Of a stretch of 64,000 nucleotides of DNA, positions 53,354 to 64,000 are shown piece by piece. The number at the start of each line of letters is the position of its first letter. The first letter of the stretch is position 1. Made by a program: the position numbers and the translations under genes. The stretch comes from Octopus vulgaris (taxonomy: Eukaryota). The notes under the pieces are model-generated. The model did no database searches and was not told where the DNA came from. It saw only the letters and a list, made by a program, of their open reading frames with translations. The DNA is taken from the NCBI GenBank assembly GCA_951406725.2, contig OX597814.1:186372001-186436000 (forward strand). Reading direction: 5' to 3'.

Positions 53354-55051
53354 ATCTACAATTTAAACCATTTCCATAAAGAACTGCAAGTGGATATGTC
53401 TGAATGATGTAGTCAAACTATTTTCAATTAGTGTTAAATAGTGTTAACTGAGATCTTTTCTGTTTAGCTACCACTTTCCAATTTCTTCAATTTTTATTCC
53501 AATTGATTTCATATTTGGCATATTGGTATGGTTTTTGTAAGTAGATCATTGACATGAAATTCATTTTCACCATAGGTGCCTGTTTCCATAGTAACAAGCC
53601 AAGCTGTTACCAAACTGCTTATTCGTGTGGTCATTTTTTGCTTATTAGATAGTGGTTGTGAAATAAGCTAAAAATAATAGCTAAATAGACCTTAAATCAC
53701 TCACCAATTCTGTTTATATTTTTGCATAATTAAATGAATTCTTATGTGTAGAATACAAATTCACAAAAATTTTCTGAAAATTCCATAAAATAAAAAAGTT
53801 ATGAGGGGTTATATGGTGTGCTTAAAACAGAATTCCACCAATATTTCATTTTTTTTTTACAGTTGACAACATATCCACTCATGCACAAAATGACAGCTTC
53901 CAAATCTTGTTTTCTGACTGGGTAAAAATTATCAAACTTTAAACCTCTGTAACTTTAAAAAAAAAATTTCTGGTAAAGGTGAATTATCTCCTTCAGATTC
54001 AGCTTGAAAATTACATCAATACACCAAATTTTTAAATATTCACTAAACTTTAAAATTCCCATAGTCGCAACCAAATAGAAAAAATCCATGAATTGTAGTA
54101 AAGGATGGTGGGTTACCGGAATCACTGGTGTATCAGAAGAAGAATGCCTTTATGCAATCACTCAACCTGCTAAAAATAGCTAACAAATCAGTGAATCCCA
54201 CCAGATTATAAAATAGGGCACAATAGATTATGTGTATTCCTGGATATATTTTCCTTTACAAAAAAAAAAAAAAATGGTGAAGACTTGGATGTCTTTGGTC
54301 AGCTTTTGATCATAAGATCTCTTGTTCAAGGCTGACCTAAGACTTCAAGAAGAGTGCCTGTCAAGAGTTGCTGTTTGAGAGAGAGAGCAAAATAAATACC
54401 AAGGATATACTGATGACAGTTAAATAGATCAAATTATTGAGATAGTGACCAGTTCTCATTTTAAAGTTATCTAAACTAGTTCCAATTTACAAATTGACTG
54501 TCAAACAGAAAGCTATGATAATGTGCTGATTTTGCATATTGCTGAGGATATAACAGAAACATTGGTGAGGGATAATGTTTTAACCCTTTTGTTACCAGAT
54601 TTCTATTGAAATACACACCCTTTGTTTTAATTCCTTTTGAAAATAATGAAAAATTTAGTAAAATAACTGTCTCAGACATGTTGATATCAAAAGGATTAAA
54701 CATTCCCTTAGAACTATTCAGATTAAATGTGCAGCTCATATTTTTAAGTAGAGGGTAAGAGAAAATAATTTTTATGTAGCTCAGAAGGAAAGCTGGATTG
54801 ATGATATCTATATCTAGCTGTCTCTCTATCTGTCTCTCTGCCGGTGTACAGAATAAGTACTAAACTTACAAAGAATAAGTCCTGGGGTTGATTTGTTCAA
54901 CTAAAACCCTTTAAGGTGGTGCTTCAGCATGGCCGCAGTCAAATGGCTGAAACAAGTAAAAGAATACATACATGCACACACACACACATTGAAGATTTAT
55001 TTATATATGTGTGTGTGTGTGTATAAAGTGAGTGTATTGAAGATTTATATA

Positions 55052-55112
<61 letters not shown>

Positions 55113-57163
55113 TCAATATTTTCACTCAGCCAATGTATCTGTCCTATCTTGGCTTATCTCTCTCACTTCTTCCTTTTTAATCTTCATTAATTTTACTCTT
55201 ACTGCCAATATTTTCATGGCTACATCTCGCTTCCTTCCAAATTCATCAGGGTAAAGAGGGAGAGAGTTTTATGTCCTCCTCCTATCTAAAACTAACTAAT
55301 TTTCTATCATTTAATTCTCCCTATCATGCTCCTCTTCTACACTCCAACTTACACACCCTCAAATGCACACACGCACATAATCCATATCCACATAATCCAC
55401 TTCTACCAGCTTTCCACCACTCTGTTGTCTCTCAGAATATGGCAATAAAATGCTTCTCTCTCAGTTAAATCCCCTCCCATATCTTCATCTCCTCTCTGTT
55501 TCCTCTTTGCAGTAAATTGTCCATCAGACTCAGTTGTTGGTGGCTGTGAAATTGTCCTGTCCCAATCATAGCAGAAGAGATCAGACAGAGACATATAGAC
55601 AGCAGGTTATGGGATGGTTCAATTATTTCCCTTCTTTGCTGACAACATCCACTTAACACACTCCTATCAAAGGTACTTTACCCACCCATTCCCATATTGT
55701 TATGTGGAAGCCAGTGAAAATAAATTTAACTGTCAAGTGTGATGGGAGGATATTGGGGGAAGGAGGGCTAAAGAGACATAAAGTTAGCTTCTGTGTGGAT
55801 AGTTAGGTGTAATAGGCTGTCCCTTGGGACATTGAGATGGCAAAAGGATATGAATTGTATGGGGGAAAGGGGTGTCAGTAATGATTCAGCTTTTCAGTCC
55901 CAACTACTGTTTCCTCCTGTTATCTGACAGAGCTATAATTGCATTTTAATCCATTTCTCATTTTTAAGATTACTTATTTTTTCCTAATTTTAAGTTTACA
56001 TCAATACTTGTTTCAAAGTGAGCAGTCTCAATGCCAATATAATTTAGTGGATGATAATGGAGCAAGTGGGAATTATGCTGTTAGCTGTCTTTTTTCTTTC
56101 TTTTCTTTTTTTTTTTTTTTTTCCACACACATTTCAAACATTCTTGATCAACTCCTACCAATTCACACAATATAATCATCCTTACTTGTCGCAATTTTAT
56201 CCAAATTCAGGCTAAATCAATCTTTCTGCACTGCTTATTTCTCCTGTATTTATCTACAGATAGAGTTTTGGGATGAACCAGTGACTCCTATATAATTTTT
56301 TTTATATTTTCATATATGGACTGTCAAAATAATAAGGCACTCTGCCAAGAGAAATGTCAAATGTTTTTATTTTGCAATAGACAAGTATATATATTTTAAA
56401 GCAATGATGCTTAGCTATTCCACAAAACACTAAAATTTTATTTAATTTTTCTTATACCAAAGCCTGTACTTCAGAAGGGACTAAATATTTTCTGATAATT
56501 CTATTCCCAATAGTCATAGAATAACTAGCTCTATTCCCACACTGATATCTAAAATTTTTGGAAATATTCACAAATAACTATTGTACATGGCCTACTGCTA
56601 TCTTGTTTTTGATGTTTTTTTTAACATTTACATGATGAATAATAGACTATATATGATAAATAGAATATGTAACATTCATGATATCAGATCATCATTATAG
56701 TATAACTCATTAGAATATATAGCGTTATCATGATAGGAATTGATATTACTCTTTACCATTCCAGTAATATATATATAAACCTTCCATGAATGTTATATGA
56801 ATTTTAAACTCAAACAATTTTGTGTTTATCCTCTGCCTTTGTAAATAAATAGATAAACTGAAATAATTGAATGTACAGAAATTTTCATAGTTTCAACTTT
56901 GGAATAGAAAGAGTATGAGTATGATTTTGAATATGTATTGATGAATAACAGAAATTTTAACAATAGTCTGACTGCAAAAGAGATGACTAAGGCATTGAAT
57001 GTCAGAAGCATCAGTCAGGATGTACAAAAAGAATAAATTTTTTGTAGTGATGTTGAATAACTCCAGCAAACTATTATCAGATAAAGCTTTGTGAGGCAGG
57101 GTTTATAACAACAAACAGCATCAACTACTAATTAGTTTTTTCTTTACAAGTTCAGGCTTTCTA

Positions 57164-58407
57164 CGAGGGTCAGCTGAAAAGTTCATAGCCCAACTAAGAT
57201 ACTTGCATGGAATGTAACCAAATGAGGTTTATTTTTTCAATATAGCCCCTCTTGCAGTCCACATGCTTCTTCCATTGGTGTTGCAGTCCATTGCTTGGAT
57301 TCCATTAGCAAAGAAGATTTCATCTTATTGATAAAAAGTCATCAGCCGCAGACATGACACCATTATCACTGCAATACTGGTTCCCAACCAAGTGTTTTTT
57401 CATATCGGGAGACAGATGATAGTCAGATGAGGCCAAATCAGGAGAAAATGGACAGTGATCAATTAATTCAAAACCACAGTCATGCACAGTAGTCACTGAA
57501 ACCAAGGACTTATGTACTGGAGCATTGTCCCTATGAAACAAAACTTCTTTCGTCAGTTTTCCAAGGTGTTTGGTCTTGATAGTCTTTCATAACTGCCTCA
57601 GCAAGTTGACATAGTACTTACCATTGATGGTGTAGCCTTTTTGAAGATAGTCAATAAACACAATACCTTTTAAATCCCCAAAGCAGAGGCTATCACCTTC
57701 CTTGCAGAAAAAAAAAAACCTTGGCCTTCTTTGGAGCAGTTGAGTTGGGTGATTCCACTGCATGGATTGTCTTTTTGTCTCTGGCTCAAAGTGATGCAGC
57801 CAACACTCATCTTGAGTTAGGAAATGTTCACAGAAAGTAGCTGGATCTGTCTCAAGCAATATCTGAATTTCCCATGATGTGATTAGCCTGGTGCACTTTT
57901 GATCAGGTGTCAGACACCTTCGTCATGCCAAGTTCATTGTGTAGGATATTTTCAAATCTCTCATGAGATGTACAATAGCATCGGCTATTTGACTTATAAC
58001 CAGTCACTTGTCATTCATCACAATGTGGTGAACATGATCGATGTTTTCCTTGGTGGTGGTAGTTGCAGGACATCTAGACCTTGGGTCATCTTTAAGACTC
58101 TCCATTCCTAAATTCAGCTGCCCACTTTTGCACTGTTGATGAAGCTGGAGAGTCATCCCCTAATGTAGCAGTCATGTCAGCATAAATATCAATAGGAGCT
58201 AAACCCAGTTTCTGTAGGGACTTGATAGCACCACGATTCCAGATTTTGTCGCTCCTAGTTACATTTGAAGTCTTCTTTGAACAGTCAGATGTCAGTTTAC
58301 CTCAAAAGATACAATTCAGTTATAAGTTGAAATTAATGCATGCAAGTTTGTACAGCTCTGGCATCACTCCTTCTTAGTCAGCCTATGAACTTTTCAACCC
58401 ACCCTTG
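57164..58407 (-). mobile_element. Near full-length, inactive mariner element (1244 bp) with TIRs and TA TSD
   Basis: ta|cgagggtcagctgaaaagttcatagcccaactaag ... cttagtcagcctatgaacttttcaacccacccttg|ta (28/35 match). Transposase remnants LTQDECW, FHRDNAPVH and FSPDLASSDYHL give the DD34D triad; frameshifted. Confidence 0.93.
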
Positions 58408-58450
58408 TAACTGAGACAGGCTTATAGAAGGTATTTATTATGGCTTTGAG

Positions 58451-58760
58451 CAGAGGTTCTCAACTATTTTTCATCTATGGACCCTTTTGATTACTCTTAT
58501 TCTGGTGGACCCCCGTAGCCATTTGATGTCTAAAAACTAGTTTTATTGATACTTCTTTCAAAATCCCTATTGTGTTTATCTCACATTCACTTATTCAGGC
58601 TGGACTATGTGAAACATTAAAGAAAGATATCTCACTGTTTCTTGAAATAAATACATCTAAAGTAAAAGTTTTTCATGGACCCATAAAATACTGTTGTGGC
58701 CCTAATTTACTATTTTGCTTGTGTCCCCCCCACCTTATAGACCCTGGTTGAGAACCACTG
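58451..58760. mobile_element. hAT-like MITE
   Basis: cagaggttctcaac...ggttgagaaccactg; inverted relative to the 59060 copy. Confidence 0.85.
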
Positions 58761-59059
58761 AGGAAGAAGGGAAAAGTCTGACCCTCTTCAGCATCTTTAT
58801 GGGTTGTAGGAAGAAGAAGGGAAGTTGTCCTTAGATTGAAGACCTGGCCTAAATGCTTGCAATGGAGTTGACTTTGCTAAGGGTGCTGAAGGAAAGAGTG
58901 GTGGTGTTAAGATACTGATGTTTTTATAACACTAAAACCAACCTAAATCAATCAGTATATTTAAATGCATACTAAGATTTCATACTAATGCCTGGATAAG
59001 TACCAGCAATTCTTAGCAAGCAGTTAAATATAGATAATAATGGAGTAATTCCTCTACAT

Positions 59060-59387
59060 CAGTGGTTCACAAGTGGGGTCCATATGGCCCTTGAAGATTT
59101 TGGGGAGTCCATGCAACAAAAGAGTAAATTGGGGATCCACAATAGTATTTTAAGGGCCCCTGAAAAAATTTTGCTTTAGATGTGTGTATTGGTATGCATT
59201 GCAAGAAACAGCTAGGTTTCTTTCTCTGACATTTTACATAGTTCAACCTACACAAGTTGATGTGTGAAAAAGAAAATAGAAACTTTGAAAGAAGTTTCTA
59301 TAAAACTAGATTTTAAACAGTGAATGGCTATGAGGGTCTACCAGAACAAAATAATAATCAAAGGGGTCCATAGGTTGAGAACCCCTG
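59060..59387. mobile_element. hAT-like MITE with perfect 8-bp TSD
   Basis: TSD ctctacat at 59052-59059 and 59388-59395, TIRs cagtggttcacaa / ttgagaacccctg. An 8-bp TSD is characteristic of hAT. Confidence 0.92.
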
Positions 59388-59843
59388 CTCTACATAGTTG
59401 CAGATAATAGACTCTCAACTCTTACCTCGAGTAGTTTATTCTCCTTGCACATAAAATTGTGAATTACATTTTTGTTTTTATTTTCTCATCTTCAATTTCA
59501 CACACCTTAACATCTACATTAATATATTAAACAATGTATATTTATGATGGCAGTATCTCTTCATGCTTGGAATTTGAGTTACAGCCACTCTAAGTGTGTG
59601 TGTTTGTGTATACACTGATATACAGAAGTGTATGTAACATTTGTTTTAGAATATGCTCAGTGATTTAGATTCCTTTTTATCCTTTTATATGTAGTGAATA
59701 CAACTAAGGTTGGTATTATCAGTTTATTACAGCTAACACGAATGACAATAAGTTTTTTTGTGTTTATTTTTAATTCACACTTTATATAAACTAATAAAAG
59801 TTACTCTTCAATAAATTACTTATAAGAGGTCATCTTTATTACT

Positions 59844-60055
59844 TTCTTTCTTTGTGCCTTTAACCCTCTAACGCGGAGTATATGCCACTTTTGGTTGAAT
59901 TCCATGTCACATAATTTTTGGCTTCTGTACTTATACTCTGCCATGAATGTCCCCCTTTCTCTAGTTCCTTTTGTGTTGATCTCTGCCATGAATTCTTAGG
60001 CCTACCTCTCCTTCTATATCCATCTGGTTTCCACTGTAAAGCACTTTTCGCTACA
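59844..60055 (-). mobile_element. 5'-truncated RTE LINE 3' end with 9-bp TSD
   Basis: The reverse strand translates AKSALQWKPDGYRRRGRPKNSWQRS...; short (GAAA)n tail; TSD tttattact at 59835-59843 and 60056-60064. Confidence 0.9.
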
Positions 60056-61478
60056 TTTATTACTGACTATCCTGAATAAATGTTATAAATAAATCATAGT
60101 TCTGATTCAGCCTATATTGGTGTCATTTCAGAATTGTCCAATATTATACAAGAGATTTTTGAGCTACCATGTTTATAATGATTTTAGAACTCAAGGTTTA
60201 TACAACCAACAACCATGTATCTTTTCTTTCAGTTCAAATATTCAGTGTGTAAGCTTCTTACAAAGTTACAACAAAAGTTTGTCCCTTTGGTTTCCAATAT
60301 GTCTTTAAAATATAACAATACTGGGAGTGGATTTTATGTTGGTTTACATTATTAAACTTAGATTATAACTGAATTCAGCATAATCAATAACTAAAACTGT
60401 TAAAAGTATTCAGTAGACTCTTTTTTTCAATCAATGAAAAACATGTTTGTTGTGGATGAATCAGTGAGTTTTGGATTCAATCATATTCTTGTATTTAGAT
60501 ATTTGGGAAGTACTTTTTCATGTACTTCAAGCAGTGCTAAATGATCAAAGAATGAAAAAGTAATATTGCATTTTAGATTGCATTCAGTAAATTTGGAAAA
60601 CATCTGAAAAATTCTCTCATAAACTTCTTTTTTTTTTTTAATCACAGATGACTATTTTGTCTCTCATTGCACAAATATTATCAGTTGGTGCTTAGATATT
60701 CTTTTCTCCCTTCTCTAGCATGATGATTTGTTCTATTTAAATGTTTAAATATATCAAAGATAGCCAGTTTTTGTGCACCAGTGCTTGTTTTGAATTAAAT
60801 CACAAAATTTCAGTTTGTTGATTCTGTTGAAAAATTTCAAACACCATTTTTCTCAGTTTGTATATGTGGCAAAACAGATGACCTCTTGAGATCCAATAAA
60901 TTTAATAAGCAAACAATTAAACATCATATGACAAGAGTTACTAGATCCCAAATATAATGCGCAGACAAATATTTGTAAAAAAATTTATGAGATTTTTAGC
61001 AATCCTCAGTTTGGGGATCTCTGCACTAAGATACTACATTCTCATTCAGTTACAGTTATGGAACTCTGATGAATAGCTTACTTTATTTTGTTGTTATAAA
61101 AACGCAAATAAACCTTTGTTTTTTTTTCAAAAAATAGAGAAAGAAAAAAAACAGAAAGTAAGGCAAGATATGACTGAATTATTTGCTTGAACAAACCAGT
61201 GTGTAAAATAAATGTCAGTCTCTATGCAAAAGAGGAACGAATTAATCTTCACATTTATTCTTTATTTAAATAATATATTCCTGTCAAAGCAATTTTGTTA
61301 TTATAGGAGTTTCATAAGTATTAGAACACCCATTAACATTTCAGTATAAATGTTTATTAGTAGATTTGAAACAATGAAACAGCAAGCTTGCAATGAGGTA
61401 CTGAGAGTATTTACATTTAAGAAAGATATTTTGTTAATGCCAAACTTGCTTGGCAATTTGAGGACAGCTTTGTTTCAT

Positions 61479-61690
61479 TAACTCTTTAGCATTCAGATTA
61501 CATTGACTAATGTGATGCTTATTTATTTGCATTGTTTTGAATTAATCTCAGCTTTTAGATTTTGATGATGTGATAGTTTATTTTTAGGATGATATTGGGT
61601 AGGTGTGAGAGGTCAGACCCTGTCAAATTGAACATAGAGCAGATAGAATATTTGGGCCAGATATGACTGGTTTAAATGCCAAAAGATTAA
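61479..61690. mobile_element. TTAA MITE family A, degenerate
   Basis: ttaactctttagcattcag...tgccaaaagattaa. Confidence 0.78.
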
Positions 61691-61915
61691 TTTTGAACAC
61701 TAAAGCTAACAGGGAATCACAAATTGGTGGGGTTCTAACTGAAGGTGAAATCACCTTTTTTTTTGTACTTGGGTTTCCTCTTAATCATTAGATGATATTG
61801 ACACTCAATAATGTGGTTATAATGAATTCAGTGTATTTTTTAAGGGACAATCCTTCTATATTTCAGTGAGAATTTTGGCTTAGATAAATCCAAGATTCCA
61901 TTATTTCACTTCCAG

Positions 61916-62010
61916 CACACTGGTTCTCATCCAGTCGCCAAAGTTAAGCAATGTCGAGCTTAGTTAGCACTTAGATGGGTTACCACTTGAAAAACCTTGG
62001 TGTTACAAGC
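61916..62010 (+). pseudogene. 5'-truncated 5S rRNA pseudogene
   Basis: cacactggttctcatccagtcgccaaagttaagcaatgtcgagcttagttagcacttagatgggttaccacttgaaaaaccttggtgttacaagc aligns by eye with metazoan 5S from about nt 25 to the end, including box A (aagttaagc) and box C (ttagatgggtta). Many CpG-type transitions. Confidence 0.85.
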
Positions 62011-62358
62011 GTCTTTCCTAAAGTACTCCAAAAGTTTCTCTATATAAACTAATAAAAGTTACTCTTCAATAAATTGCTTATAAAAGGTCATATTTATTAC
62101 TGACTACCCTGAATAAATGTTATAAATAAATCATAATTCTGATTTAGCTTATATTGGTGTCATTTCTGAATTTTATACAGATCTTCATAGCATTATTGCT
62201 GTTATATTTTCCATTTTGTCCCACAGTTGAGATTGCTTAAAACATAACATTCAAACATGTTTCTTTCAATTTAATTTTATAGTCAAGATTTTATATATAG
62301 AGATTTGCTTAAAGCATAACACCTGAACACATGAATGTTGTAACATGTAGAATAATAT

Positions 62359-62468
62359 TACTAATTACTTTGAAATATTACATATCTTCAATAATTACAG
62401 AAACAGCCAGAAGTACTAATTACTTTGAAATATTACATATTTTCAATAATTACCGAAACTGCCAGAAG
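62359..62468. repeat. Tandem duplication, 2 x 55 bp
   Basis: tactaattactttgaaatattacatat...gccagaag starts at 62359 and 62414. Confidence 0.93.
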
Positions 62469-63215
62469 CTATCTATTTATCCTCCATTATACTAAATGAT
62501 AAAACAAAATAAATTTTTATTTTAAAACATAAAATATAAACATTTATGCACCTCGTTTCTGTAAAGCTACACTCAGTGACTTGTGCTAACACATTAAACA
62601 AATCTATTTGTTTATTAACAGAAGTTTTACTACAAAAGTTCTTGAGAAGCAACAAACAGCAAGTTCACTTATTGCATTTATCTCAGTTGATTGCTCATCT
62701 CTGTTCAGTGAATTCTACTGTAAAATCCAGCAGCTTCATGCTTCTAACAAGTTTTAGTTTTAATTTGCCTGAGTCATTACTATATGATTAGTAATGTTTT
62801 GGCATACAATTGTAGTTGTTCATTATTGGCATAGACACTCGTCAAAATCAAAATAAACTTTTGTGATAGTTTGATATTCTGCAAACCTCATTATTTGGAA
62901 ATTCATTCCATTACCTCAGTACTATGCATACTTTTTGATATTGCATTTATTTCAATCATTTCTTTTTCTCTCAAATTAATCAATAATATATTATCTGCTT
63001 TATATTGACATATACTTAAAACATTTATGAATGTTCAGAGTAAACATAAATTCCATTGCTACTACCAAATACATGAATTGTATACTATTTCTGATATATA
63101 TTGTCTAACCCCAGTTATACTTCACTTGTTACACTTCCTGATAGGTAATCCTAAAGTTTAGTATAATCAAGTACATATTCAAATGTAGATTAGTTTCTAA
63201 ATAGCAATAATTTAT

Positions 63216-63246
<31 letters not shown>

Positions 63247-63261
63247 TACATATATATATCT

Positions 63262-63400
63262 CATCATCATTGTTTAACGTCCGCTTTCCATGCTAGCACG
63301 GGTTGGATGATTTGACTGAGGACTGGTGAACCAGATGGCTGCACCAGGCTCCACTCTAGACGTGGCAATTTCTACAGCTGGATGCCCTTCCTAATGTCAA
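63262..63400 (-). mobile_element. RTE-type 3' tail element fragment
   Basis: catcatcattgtttaacgtccgctttccatgctagcacggg, as at 30268. Confidence 0.75.
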
Positions 63401-64000
63401 CATATATATGGAAATTAATTTCATATTCATTCTAACATAATTAAAATGCACCAAAGTAGTTTTCTATGCAGAAACAAATTCTCTTTATGCTGGGGAACAA
63501 TTTTTCTTAAATAACTTCTTCAAAAGAAAATTTTCAAATTAAACATCAGTAGTATAAAAATTTACTATCATTGTGAAAGTAGTACTTAAAAGATTAATAA
63601 CTTCTTAGCTTAAATTTGCCTGGCTGTGAAATGGTGCGTGTCTTTTGGTCTTTAATAGGAAATCTATATCTTATAACTGAATCACCATAAAATATAATGG
63701 AAGGTTTTTCACTTATCAGTTGTATGATACATTATGTATTCTTTATAATTCATTATTTTCTAGCATTGCTTAATGATAGCTGCCAATTTAGCTGGAAATA
63801 ATCTATTTTGTCTTTGAAAGGTTTTCAGCTAGCCAGTGTCATTCTTCTGCTATATTGTAATGAAAAATCCTGTGTAACATGATTTTTGACCTTGGGTAGC
63901 TACTGTTATCTCCTATTTGTTTACCCCTAGAAAGTGTGAAAAATGGCTAATATTTCCTTCAAACTCTGTTTTTGTTACATTTATTCAAACCCCCAAAGAA

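Overview
AT-rich, repeat-laden eukaryotic genomic DNA. The SINE, MITE and microsatellite landscape strongly resembles an octopod cephalopod (inference). The only host coding sequence I can support is three short + strand exons (10822-10927, 19968-20109, 42771-42860). They have canonical GT-AG boundaries and matching phases, and splice into the N-terminal discoidin (F5/8 type C) domain of a discoidin domain receptor (DDR-like) tyrosine kinase. The signal-peptide exon and all later exons appear to lie outside the window, so nearly everything else is intronic. The introns hold at least three tRNA-type SINE families, hAT-like and TTAA (piggyBac-like) MITEs, two decayed mariner elements, fragments of gypsy, RTE, CR1/L2 and R4/Dong-like retroelements, a truncated 5S rRNA pseudogene and large compound (TA/TG/CA) microsatellites. 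The microsatellites produce most of the long spurious ORFs. I find no convincing new multi-gene system. The most interesting unexplained signals are a 92-bp spacer-less palindrome with a single A.C mismatch, inverted repeat pairs that could form dsRNA around the DDR exons, a four-hairpin cluster, a diverged duplicated TACTAAC-containing element, nested insertions, and a filled/empty insertion-site pair.
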